Shown here: positions 42,601 to 55,900 of the stretch, in pieces | How positions within the stretch are numbered: the first letter of the stretch is position 1 | Layout: the number at the start of each line of letters is the position of its first letter | Origin: Fimbriosthenelais zetlandica | Lineage: Eukaryota | Length of the DNA: 64,000 nt | Assembly (NCBI GenBank): GCA_977030845.1 | Contig: OZ365113.1 | Location: forward strand, 16,120,001-16,184,000 | Direction: 5' to 3' | Notes under the pieces: generated by a model | What the model was told of the DNA's origin: nothing | Seen by the model: the letters and a program-made list of their open reading frames with translations, nothing else | The model's database searches: none | Translations under genes and position numbers: made by a program

Positions 42601-45600
42601 AGTTCCGTCATATCGCAACAGACTCCTGCTACCACGGGGAAAGCCTTGGACGACCACAGCTGGACCCGTGATGTAAATCCATTTTACAGAGAATGGGTGG
42701 GCAATCTATGGTACGAGATATAAGCAATATTATAGCATAGCACTTTAATATATCATGAGTATAGCATACCGCTGTCATTTATGGATGCCATGATAGCCAA
42801 TATACGAGCTGGGGGAAGGCCACGTCTCCTGCTTTTAGTCATGAACCCCGAGACTTTAATTCAGCAGCTGTTGCAGGCAACCTATGAATGGTTCAGGAGG
42901 TACATGCTGAAAGTAGTGGTAGAAGGGAGGCCGGGCAGCCTGCGTTTTAAATCATTGGTGGTATATCTAGGATGGACTTCCTAATCAAGCTAGGGACGCT
43001 GATATTGATGGCGTTGGACAGCTTTTAGTCCCTTACTGATGTCAGGGCTTAGTAACAGGTCTTTGATGAGCACTTTCATGGCTTGAGATATGAAGTATTT
43101 ACTTTCTAAACATGGCTGTGGGCTAGGTGTCGGGAAGTGTAAATGGCAAGGTGGCAGGATGCATGGATGGCAGGGAAGGAGAGCAATCCAGGGTCGCTTG
43201 AACATCGGATTTGCCTCTGTAACGAAGATCTTGAAATGTATCATACTATGCAATTCTCAGGCCCCGTCCAAGGCAGCACGTGTGGCTGATTTGTCCTATT
43301 CATTAAAGTGAGGGCTTCTTACATAGGCCTACACGCATCTACAAATTATTAGACGACTGACTTATGCATACTGATGCAGGGGTACCCACAGTACACGATA
43401 TGGCGAGCTGAGTAGACAGCATAAGACAATAAGAAGCTTGTAGTGGTATATAAATTTGGTCTTAGAAACGTTAGATCCATCCATACTCCACGGAATATCC
43501 ATTTATGTTATGCTTGTTAAGCCATTGTTCTCATCTGTAATTTACTCAGGGTAAGATAGAATGTCAAAGGGTTGTTTGTAATCTTTTAGTGTTGCTCTTC
43601 TGGCTCAGGGTCCTGCAGTTTGCTTATTGAGTTTGGCCAGTTGACAGAATTACATTATACTTTGTCTTATATCTCCTTCTACCTCACTGCTAGTCATTTC
43701 AGAGTTTCATATACTTTCCATTACTGAGGTCTGAGCTAGTCCTTCTCAAGCTGACCAAGAGGTCAGGTTGGTCACAATGCCTCCTAAGCAAGTTTTATTC
43801 TCCACACTTTAGGAGACAACCATCAGATATAACCCGATGGATAGCGTATAGCAAATATTGGTCGGTTGCAGTTTTCTTAGCCTACCGTAATTTATCAAAG
43901 ACAATTTCGACTTTGTTGACCAAAACAAGTTATTAAGCCACCCTGCTGATGAATAAAAAGTCTGCCATCTGGATTTTATCAATGTATAATAATGCTTCAA
44001 ATCTTGCTTTCCTACGGTCACATATAGGCATCCAAGCTTGCACTCAGGTATACCCATGCATGATCGGTCATTATAGGAATTTTTCTCAAAAGACTAAATT
44101 TGACCAACAAAGGTTCACTCTGATCTTATTGTTCTCTTATATTTTTTAGTGCGGCTAGATAGATTAAGGCGCCTTTAGGAGCGCCTTACAGAGCCATTTA
44201 GTGACATTTATGGCCCTTTCCCTTTTGATCAGAAGCAGAGATAGTGTTTCTTTGACCCTAGATCAAAGCCCACTCAGGAGCCTATATAAAGCACCTTAAC
44301 CCCCACCTGCACTGCCCTATGAATCTATTCCCTCTTCTGCCTACACCACAGCATCCATCCCTCAGCCTCCTCCTCATCACCAAGTCTTGGCCACACATCC
44401 GCCAACCTATAAAGCTTGTGCCGATTGGTCCGTTGGTGTGGGATTTGTAAGCGAGCGTCTGATTGGCAGGGATTGCCCAGGCCCAAGGTTTAGAGTAAGA
44501 ACATTGGTGGTTGGGCATAAATGTGTTGTCGGTCCCACAGACTGGCTCAGTCACAGGGAAGATCTAAATCTCCGCATCTCTACTGATTCCTTGCTTGCAG
44601 GTGCGAAAATCTCACAATCATATTATCAGCAGCTCGACGGTAACCACAAAAATCCTAGAGAAGTAAAAGGAAGTTACGAACAGAGAAACTTTCTTGGACA
44701 AATCCAACAGGGTATGTATTTTCAATTCCTTGATTTTATATTATCTCTTCAATCTCTTCTGGGGTTAAAATAGCTTTTCAGTGAAATCTCATGAAAATAC
44801 TATATACCTGCAAACTGCTCTTTTGGGAATGAAATAATGAGTGAAATTTAAAGTGACAAGTCACATAAATAATCGTCCAACGCAAAATGCTCATAGCGTT
44901 GTACAACCAAGTCCGACTCCCATAGCCAGTATAGGAAGTTAAATTGCAAACGCAAGCCTATCTGGGTAATTATATTTCTTTCATCAGGATGTTACAATTA
45001 TCACTTTTTCTGTCATAAGCTTTCATTTTGTCCTTATTACTACATTTAGTTCATCCCAAGTATAGAGTAATAAGGAGAGGGCGGTTCTTAAAGTACTGAC
45101 GGGTGCTGTATGGGTTTACGCCCACATCACGCTGCTTTCAAATGATTTATGGGTAGGCAAGGCATATCAGTGTTAGTACACAGACGAGACAAGCATTTCC
45201 ATGGACAAATAATGTAAGTAGAAAGGCAACTGAACCCGGATGATTGTCCATATGTTGCTCACACTCTGAATGCAATGCTAATAATGAATCTTAATATTGT
45301 TGTAAGTATAGTCTGATTTCTGATGATTAGAAATAGGTTGATGGGGTTGTTCACTCCTTCCTTGCTAACTGTTTACTTTCGTTTAACAATTACTCGGGGT
45401 CTGAGCAATAAAGGAAGAAAAGGCCATGTTTTTGATGCCATAATTGGTTTCGTTTCCGTGCATTACCAAAAGACAGATAGTTGTCCCAGGCCTGTAACAC
45501 ATTTTGGCACACATCATTACGCTCATGTCATATACTTCACACTAACAAGTAGCCTACTTAACTCACTTGTTTGTGTTAGATACACACATCAACGACCACA

Positions 45601-48379
45601 TTCTAGTTCAAACCCAATGAACAGGATAATAGAGAAAAATTCAGCAAATTTGTGTGGTACAGATGAAATATTATACAAGGCAGATGTCCCAAATGAATTC
45701 GCCTAACTGATCAAATCCAGAAAGTCCTCGCATATTCTGCCAGTGGTGCAAAATTGAAGTTCAAGCTCCAGAATTTACGGCAGAACCCCTCAAGATAAAA
45801 ATACCCCTAAAATGTTATATTTCAGGTTCTTTACTGCTCTTGGCACAACAATATACTCTGCTCTAAAATCGAAGATTCCGATTCTGAGTTAACGACATGT
45901 TTCATTGTTCCTATATATAGGAAAATATATAAGAAAAATTAAATATATCATATATGAAGACAGGCAGAAAAGGAGCAAATGTAGGGCGTTCCAAGGAAAT
46001 TATCAGACAGTAGATGTTGGGCTTCTTCTTGTTGAGAGACAATCAAAGGCTTGTGCTCTACGAGGAAATGTTAGCCAATGCCAAGAGTATCTGCTACATA
46101 CGCACGATCTAGGGGCAAATGAGATGATGGACGTGTTCTAGGGCTAATGGTGAGTATGGTAAGTTACAGCCTATGAAGGGCATGGTGGACAAAGGGGATT
46201 AATATGATGCACAGCAATATACATAATAGCTTCTTACCATATATAGGTAGACCCTTTTTGTCAACGGAGTATGTATTGTCAAGGGCACTCTTATGACAGT
46301 GCGGTTACAAAGATGAAAGCATGAGAGCCTTTCTGAATAATTAAGAAAGAACATGGCAGGATTAGTCATGCTTGGGCACTGTTGCATGCATCTCAACATT
46401 CTACCTTAATGGCTGAAACACACTCGGGTGGTTTTGCAGTCGCGTTCTACTTTTTTTTGTGCACATCGAAAACCGCTTCAATCAGAAAATCTAATCGGAG
46501 CACTCACGTGCAGGCGTTCAATGGAGACACTTGCCAATAGTCGCTTTGCTCTGGCTGTTTTCAGTAGTAGGCACTAACAAGAAAAACGCAGGCATCCGGA
46601 AAAGCGAAGCGTGTTCAGGTCATTAGAATTCTATGCATATATGAGGATCCTGTTTCTGGTTCCAATGATATTAACAATTGCAATCCATCTTAATCATCAA
46701 ACGCAGCCTTTAGTGATCTATATAGCTGCACTCATTATACATTTCTTGGCATTTCTGGTCAGAGGCAAAAAGTGTTTGATTGATTGATTACTACGAGTGA
46801 GAGATAACCAAGGCGTCCACTGACAGTCAACGTCGGTGACTGGTGCCCCGTGAACAGTTGATCATTTAATGTGACGTGACTACTTTCATGACTGTTGCAT
46901 GCTAGATGCACACATCCATGATATGTGAGTATTATGCAAATAGGCCCCTGTGCCATACATTTCCCGAGCTCCTTCAAGAGTCATAATCATTATAAATATC
47001 ATTGGAATAATTATTTATATGCAATTTGATATTCAGCAATAAAATTTTGCCACCAGAGTCTAGGACAAATTTTATGCATCACCAAGATTGCAAGCACCAA
47101 GGTGTGCATTACATGCTAGGGCTCCTCATGAATAATTGCATATTGTTCGCAATTTTTCCACACATAAGCGATGTTAAAGGTTTGCGTTAATGGTGCTATT
47201 GGTATCTACTTTAACATAAATCAACCACGAGCATGTCAACGACCACGGCATTGTCACGTTTATCGACACGGTTAATTGACTTTAAGGGCAAGTCCTTGAC
47301 CTTTGTTATGCCGTTAACAGGAGATTTCCATCTGTACTACCCCTCTGAGAGGTGTAGTTTGTGATTTATTTTCACTTGTAGTTGATGGGCCCCATTTTTG
47401 TCGGCCTGGTTTTAATTTCTATGAGTTCTTTTTAGTAAAGTCTGAGAAGGCTGATATCTTGCTCGGGAGTATCTTGCCCGTGTAATTATCTGATGCTCAT
47501 GACACATCATCAATGATGTGATTGGATTATTTAATGGGATATTCAATATACTCAGCTTTCTTCCTTTGAAATATGAATAGCGTTCAAACTGTTGCATGTA
47601 AGAAATGCCTAATTCTAATTTAAACAAACTTGTATGGTTATAAAAATCTGGACAGGACATGTTATCCATAATAAGGAACTGATCCAAACTGTCATCTAAA
47701 CATCCCAGGAGCTGCCCACCATATAGGCATGCGAAGGGTATTCAGTGTTATATACATATAACTCACAACTCAATAAATATCAATTCACTTTCATGGTGTC
47801 GCATCTAAGGGGTGATATCTGCCATATGCTGTAGAATATGGACGTGAAATGGCATTCATCAGACTTAAGTTTCTTCTGCTTATATTTTTGTTTGATGACA
47901 GGTCCATACAATTAAATATGAAGCATGTCTGTTTAGGCTACTAATAAAGAATGTTGATTGGGGATAATTACTCAGGAGGAGTCTGTCAACATGGGAAGTA
48001 ATGACCAGCTTTAGGTTAGAATGGAAGGTATCAGGTGAAAGGCATGGATTTTAGCCTCTGTGCATGGCACCTGACTTCCATGTCGTCTGTCTGTTTTTGT
48101 GTTATAATTCCTTTCGGAAATGTCATTATGCCCCATCCTCATGGAACAAATTGGAAAGGGCTGTTCATCAGAGTTGAGGAATGACTTGGTTTCCGAAATA
48201 TAGATCAATTCCCAAACACTCTTCAATGCATTTTGCCCATGTGTGGGACCAAATGAGGTGAAGTTGGTATAATTTGGCTGGTGGTTTAATGACTCAGTTG
48301 GAGGAGCAATTATGCTTCTTCATGCCTTCTACTGTTGGTCGGTATAGGCTTACCAGAGTGATTATGAATATCGCATCCT

Positions 48380-49900
48380 TAAAAATGAATGGATGAGGTC
48401 TGTGCGATGCTGTACATTTCTCGTCCGGGTCGCCATAATAAATCTCTGCTTTGTGTGTGTTCCCTACATTTTCTCTGCACATCTGTGTGCAAAGTCAAAG
48501 ACAGGACTCTATGTAGAAGTCTACTGACCAATGGAAATTCCGTGACCTTGGATGAAAACCACATCCATCTTTCTTTATGTAATGTTTCTGGTCCTGGTCT
48601 GAGGATCTATCATTGACATTGGGATGCTTCTGCTATATGGTAGAGATTTGTAAGAGAATTCCTCGCTCATCCTTTTGGGTACTATGCCATGTCAGGAAGA
48701 TTTCTCGTTCTAAGAAACGTGCCCAATGGTGGGCACGAAGTGTATAGAACCTCCAGTATTAAGTCTGGGTTGAAGAGACCTTGTTTGAACTCGTTGCTCT
48801 TAGCAGGCATTGGACCTAGCCCTACGTCAGTTTCATTGAATGAATGGAAAAATGATGTCTACAGATAATAAGCTTCTCTGCCCCTAGATTTATCATTGTT
48901 CTCACAGGTATATAGATTTTATCCCACATAACGACTCCCTTCCTTCCATCATAGTAACTGTCCTCACTATTTTGGCAGTAACATGCAGCATTGGCCTATT
49001 TATCTTTTTTTTCTGTGGAGGTCATACAAAGAAGTGGTGGGGGTGACCGAGATACTTCCTAATTTAAATATTATCCTGTCATCGAAGCAATTTGCAGAAC
49101 TAAACGACAATCATTTTAAATGATAAATACTACAATCAGCACGAAATAAGCTGGGGAGATTAGTGAGTGCCTTCACTACTCTTTCATTTCCTAAATGGCA
49201 CATTAACTGGTTCGCCACTTTTCATTGCTACTTAATTGTTTAATTGCACTCCACAGATAACGTTATATAAACATTAAATTCTATAAAAGACTGTTTACGA
49301 TTACAGAAGTCAAGAAATTTCATTCAACAATGTTCAACACTTTAACGCCATTTTTTTTGACAATCCAAACATGGAGTTATTGGAGGAAAATGCTTCAAGG
49401 CAGCTGTCAAGGGATGACCTTGAGAAAGTGACACCTGGAGAACACGTTCTCCGAGAGAGCTCAAGTGGACTGAGATTTGCGTGAGACTTGTGTGAAGGAG
49501 TTGTATAGGCTGGAAAGATCCATGTTCTATTGTACACATCCTTTCACCTCCTTGGCATCCCAGTGACATATGTACACGGGAGAAAATAGGACGCTTATAG
49601 TGCTGACCCAAGTGCGTCCATCGCATGCCTGATATGTGTCCTTTTTCGTCATTTATCCCTGAAAGACACCATATAGAGGGAGGCCTTATAGGGCCCATCT
49701 CAAAAGTTCTCAAGTCCTTTAAAACAGTAGGTGGCGGTACAAGGTCCAATTTAATTTGTTCAAAAAAGTGCATGGACATCAGTTACAATGATTTCAGCCA
49801 CTGTTTTTCACACTTTGAGATAAGAGGTGGAGTGGTAGCCTGGCTCCAAATTGAAGGACTTCAATTTAGAAAATTAAAGGGAATCAAATCCATTTGGGAC
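48380..49900 (-). mobile_element. Decayed hAT-superfamily transposase remnant
   Basis: In transcription order: PCTFLNKLNW (CxxHxLNL-like), MRWTH (RW motif), FQPIQLLHTSL (LxPFxxxT-like) in the 145-aa ORF 49342-49779, then WFSSKVTEFPLVSRLLHRVLSL (hAT C-terminal dimerisation-like) at 48380-48564. Confidence 0.4.
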
Positions 49901-52900
49901 AGAAGGTTCAGATTTTATGATTTCAACGTCTTTGGGTGATACGAAGAGCTGAATAATAAAGAGGATTTTCCACAAAAAGATGCCATTTATGCAAAAGGAA
50001 TTCTGGGATCCTGTGCATGCAGCGTATCTTGTCAAAATGTCATGCATTATGGCGTTAAGCGGGAAAAAATCTCTCCTCAGATTAATATCCCAAAATATCA
50101 GATTAATGAAACTGAGGCATGTGTGTGAGGTATGCCTTTCACTACAAAGGCAGATAGATTGATTGTTGCTTCAGGGCCGGTGAGGTTTTTAAATATGGTT
50201 TCAGGATTATGTCGTGGATTGGAAGGGATCATTCATCATTAACAGGACCTGATATCCCGGTACCTGTTCTAACAATGGCAGGAGTGTGGTAAAGGACAGG
50301 CCCTGAAGGCCCCCGAGTTTCATGCCTTTAATTCCTCCTTCATGCCAATGTCCCAGACGCAATCTCTCCCAACCGCTCCACTTTGATGTTCACCATGAAA
50401 AACATCACCGCCAGTGTTGAAGCAATTGGTCTTTTCATTGCTGTCCTGTGATCTGATGAATGGGCTATTGAAACTTGTGTAAATGTGCAAATTCACCGTT
50501 GGGAAAAACAGTATACCGGGTAGCATAGAATTAATTTGGCCAAAGAATCCTGCAGCGGTATATCTTAAAGCATCACGTGATAGTCTTCTTGGCACAAAGG
50601 CGATAACAACAATAAGCCTGCAATAAAAAAAGATCATGACATTCTAAATAACCTTCATTGAATGAAGGTTATAGCTTGGAAGATTGCTACCAGCAGGCAA
50701 CTTCGATCATCTCAAAAAGAGATGGCGAGAGTTCTCTCTCACGCAATCCCAAAGCTGATGCGTGAACACAAAAGATGGAATCTATAAAAAAAAAAAAAAA
50801 ACTCTCTATAAAAGAACAGCTTCAATCATTTAAAAAAAAGGATCAAAGCTATACAATCGTCTGGTCATATATGTAGCTTAGGAGGAAGTTTTAATTTTTT
50901 TCCTCTTTTCCCATGTCCCACCTTCTCCCACACCCTAATTATTTGCATATGAGGTTTAAATCACCCAATGGTTTCTATCCCTGCATTGTGGGTTTGTATG
51001 AAAAGAAAAGATAAAGCAAAAAATATAAGGTCATATCCGTCACTATTCTACTCTACCAGACTAGAGTCACCCAGTGTGTGCATTTTCTCAGGAGTGAAAA
51101 TCAGAGCATGGCCAAGCAGTGCATCTCCCATAACAGCCTTCATGGAATACTTCTACCACTCCTTGCTCGGTTAGTACCCTTCCACAGACAGGTACCTCAA
51201 ATCTGCAGTTAGAGACCAGGGTCCGAGATGGGTGGACGCAATCACTTGATTTTTTGGTGGTAGAACGTAAATTGGGACCAGCAGGATTGGCCTTGAGGCA
51301 ATCTACGGGTCTAAACTGCTCCCTGAGTCCAATCCAACCCATTCTCAATTCTCTAAATGTTGCATGGAGGGAGGACAGGTAGAGTAGACGACCAAACGGA
51401 CCCAGATCATTGTCCAACCACACTGCCTCATTATCTGTCGGTGAGGAAAGCAAATTGAATAGAATGGTCCAATGATTGGGCCCAGCCATCATTTGACCAA
51501 TAAAAGAAAACCCAATTAAATCCCTGGATAAAATTTTAATGGATTTTATATGTATGAACGCTATTAGCATAGGTTTTGTATAGCTAGTCCCTGAGCTGAC
51601 AGCACATATAACCCATTAAAAAAATGTCTGGAAAGATGAAATTACCCAAATGCTTCGGTAAGATAATTCGATATAGAAAGGTTCTATGATAACAGAATAA
51701 CATTCAGCTGTCTCATGTATATATAGGGTCCTGATGGATGTAATAGCAAAATCTAATTATATTTGGCGGATGAACATTGAAGACATGCAGAAAAAATACC
51801 AGTCATATATCGAAATGATGTTAAAGCAATAGTCTTATCCAGGAGAAACTAGACCCTATTATATAACTCATTTATTCCTGCCTTACTGCTTAAGACACAT
51901 TTAATTCTAAATGGGTAATGAAAAAAATATTCTGAGAAATTTCTCAGACTTGACTGTTGACTTAAAGTCTGAGACCACAGCCCTGTTGGGAGTGTAATAC
52001 TTTCTTCGTCACCAGGGAGCTACAGTCTGGCCAAGAGAACACTTTCGGTGGCTTTGATGTTTTCCTGGTCAAATGCTGGCCAAGAATAACTCATGGAGCT
52101 TAGGTCATGTACTGGCATCCTATACTGGGAGACTGCCCGTCAATAGACACGAGATGTCCTTTACTGACTGACCATAACACAGAGAATATTATGTTCAAGG
52201 TCAGAGTACATCAGACAGCCTTTTCAAATATCCTAGATTTGTATATCATACAAATCAGTAAACACCACATATTCATTTATCAGGATGTCACGTTATGACA
52301 TACAGAGTGTAGTTTTTGTATTCATTCAATGGCCTGATTGTATAAACAGACTAAAGCGTTGTTTTACAATAGCCTGAATGGATGTATGGATGAACAAAAT
52401 TAATATTTGATAAAATTCATAATCCAAGATAACTTTCATTTGCGGTGATTAATTTGAGTAAAAACACAACAAATCACAACTTTTCCAATTTCACTAAGCG
52501 TTCCATCCTGCTTTCACAAACTTCGCATAAAGAGGATTTTTATTCAATATTCAGCCAGATGTCCCCTGATTAAACACCCAAAGTGTGCAGCGTAGGAACA
52601 GTCAGTGGACTGATCAGGCAAGGCAGCCAGCGTAAAGGCATTGGCTTGAAGGTGAATTAGGGATCAATGGACATTTTCTTCTCACTCATTCAAGTCTGTC
52701 ATCTTCCTGTCGGTTGTCCAGGATGATGTTATGTGAAATGACAGGAAAGATGATGCAGCAAATCACACTTCCACAGTCTCATGGAAGCTAACGCTGACAT
52801 TGGAATCTCTGACCGCTTACAGAAAGAGAATCTTTTCTCCTATTATGCAGCATCTAGTTTGGCCGTCTGGAAAATAATCTCTACAAGACCCCAGCCACAG

Positions 52901-55900
52901 TCTTCCTTCTACATTCAGCACAATCACTATACCGCTGTCACTGAAGAAACTGACGGCACTATGGTTTCTTTTCTTTTGCTGTGTAAATCATAAAATAAAT
53001 GGGTGATAATTGATTGTTATGAACTCAGACCTGACAAAATGGCATGGAGTTCTGTCATTTTCATTCCTTCCTATAGATGGTCTGCGACTGGAACCAGTAT
53101 GTTAATGAATGGAAGATGGTACCATTAATAAAATAACTTTCCGAAATTCTAATGACATTTGAGTCTTACAGGATACGTTCGCAGACAATGAGAAGTCTCT
53201 CTTTTAATATTTAGCACCTAGATATCCTCAAGGGTACTGTATGCCTTCTGCTTGCTAAGGCTGTTTTCGTCCAGAATCCATGACAAGGCATAGAGGTTGA
53301 AGCACATTGCCGTAGGATGGGGAAGGTCTTGATCCTTAGAGCAATTTCCACTTTGCCATTGATGTAGGCTGTGGAAGGAGATTGAGATGGATGTTCAGAA
53401 AATTGCCCCATCAATAGAAAATGTGTGAATAACTGGGATTAAAAGTATGCAAGGCCAGTACATTGGTGTTGATGAATTGTAACCTGCACAATCACAAATC
53501 TCATCACCCAGGAAAATTAATGTCTGAGGTTAGGGATCTATAAAATAAGGAATTCAACTATTCCTTTATCTAACAGTGACACAAAGCAGCATAATAATAA
53601 CCAGCTTTTTTCTTACTTTGAAAATTTATCCGGGCTCTTACCAGCCAAGTAATCCATGCAGGATCTTCTCCCAGGCATCAAATTTATAGCATGCCTAATA
53701 GCAAAGGGAAGAACGATGTTTTCCCTGGATCTTTGTTCTGTCGTATAGTAAGAAGAAATGCTAAGGTCAGAAACATGGTCATTTCAGATGGGATATATCT
53801 TGGGAGTTTGACTGGCTCTGCCATAAATAGTTTTTTCCATGGAAGCTTTTGATGATGCCCACGTTCAGTCAACATGTTTATCAGGCTTGCTGGAAGCAGC
53901 AGGCTTGGCACATTGATATGCTGAGGGGCGGCAGATTTTGGGGAGAATTTGATCCTGCTTTCAATTTGGCTGTTTCGGCAGCCTTTTAGAGATCGCAAGG
54001 GTATACATCTCAACATTGATCACCAAGGCCCGTACAGATTTAAATGGGCTTTTCAGGTTTATAAACTATGCAGGTGCAGGATTCAGGAAGTACAGAGGAT
54101 GAGGATTCAATTTCCCCGCACGACCAACTGATAATAATATACATAGACGGTATTGTTATTAATCCCGAAAAGACAGAAAAAATCATTTCTCGGGAACAGC
54201 CATTCTTGCTGATTTTCGAATTTGCTCAAGGAACCTCAGAGGTGGTCAGTGAATGGTTTATGTTCATTTCGTTGACAAGGCAACAATGTCACCTCTTGGA
54301 ATAGGTGAAATTCCTCTTGTGACCAGAGTAACAGAGGATAAACGATTTACCACTGACCTTATAGTCCCTCTGTAGTGAACTTTGGTCTTCAGTTTGCCCA
54401 GGGGAGATGAATGGATAATGAGTAAAAACAAATAAGCCTTCTATATATACAAGCCCAATATATAATGTAAGGTAACCGCCCGTTAGAGGGGACGGTCCTT
54501 GTTTTTCTATATGGCTAACAGACTTTAGTGCAATGATATTATGAACTTCTAACCCACATATTCATGAATTATTAAGAATGTAAACAGACAATGGCAGCTT
54601 TTACAAATCTGAGACTATCTGCTTATTATGCTTTGATGTTTGTCCTATCACACATGCCTGACAATGGAGCATTGGAATGAACAGACAAGCAGCGAATATT
54701 TCAGACATGAAATTCGGATGTTCAGCTATTTTCAAAGCTTTCATACTGAATAACATGCAAATGTGTTTGCCAACAAGGGATCCTGCATGGGATAGGACAC
54801 CTGGGCCCTTGCATTCATTCAGAATCCTATGAATAGCCAATGCTTCCATATGACTTCTGCAATCAGCGTTGGCGATTTAATGTATTTTAAGGACGCATAT
54901 CAATGGCCTATTTCTTGCACCCCTTTATATACAAGGCGTGGCCTTCTGAATGTTATGTACGCTGCATGGCGCCATCGCAGGTTTATTTAAGCTGATGAGT
55001 TTCGAGCCTCCATTGTTGGAACATTCCTCATACAAATAATTGCCTTCCACACAGTAAGGTTTGTGTATGGGTAACATTAGATTCCCGCGGAATAACTTCC
55101 CCTGAGTCAAGTAACCTGACATGTAATTGCTTCACTATTTTAGTGTTCTTATGAAGAAAGCCAATTACTAGATGAGAAACACACCTGGTGCACATAACTG
55201 AAACATCTGGGATACATTCTTCCATATACATGGTTGAATTCAAAACATTTGACAGTTGTGTACAGTTATCTCATCCTTTTGGGAGAATTCCTTGGGAGAA
55301 TTGAGATGTATTGATGTATTATCAATATGTATTGTACCGATAAAGTGTTAGGTTTTTCATCCCGAGACAAATTTATGTCATTACCAGTTCACACTAAAAA
55401 GTAGAGAATTCAAATGAAAGATCTAACACAAGGCCTGCAATTTCAAGATTGGAAATATGAGAGACTATATAATATAGCAGGGCACACAGATCTGTTTACG
55501 GATGTTTTACCTGTTTATGGGGCTCGGTATTAAGTCCTCATACGATGAGCATATAAATTGATGTCAATGAAAGAGAGATTCCAAACAGATCCCGAACACC
55601 ACATGGAAGTGTGTGATACCAAACCCATGAATAGCAAAAATTAACTTTAAGCACGCGCCATATTTTCGCCATCTACTAGTAGTAGTGAGCATATGAATTG
55701 ACAAATATTTACGTAGTCTCATGGCAACATTTCATGCCAGTGTCATTTCTTCTCCTTGATAAATGTCAGACGAATAAACTAGTTTCAGAGATTACAGAAA
55801 TCCAATTACATCAGAGTTGCACGAGCTGAAATACACGAAATCTGTTCTCCTGATTAAATTGATTTCTGTATGTCATGACTTAACTTGTTTGTATGGAGCA

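Noticed and set aside
44282-44773. Overlapping 128-aa and 90-aa ORFs
   Set aside because: No recognisable domain or coherent splice structure; local GC richness explains the open frames.
50440-50490. CTGATGA...GAAAC hammerhead-ribozyme-like words
   Set aside because: Stem II and the flanking stems do not pair.
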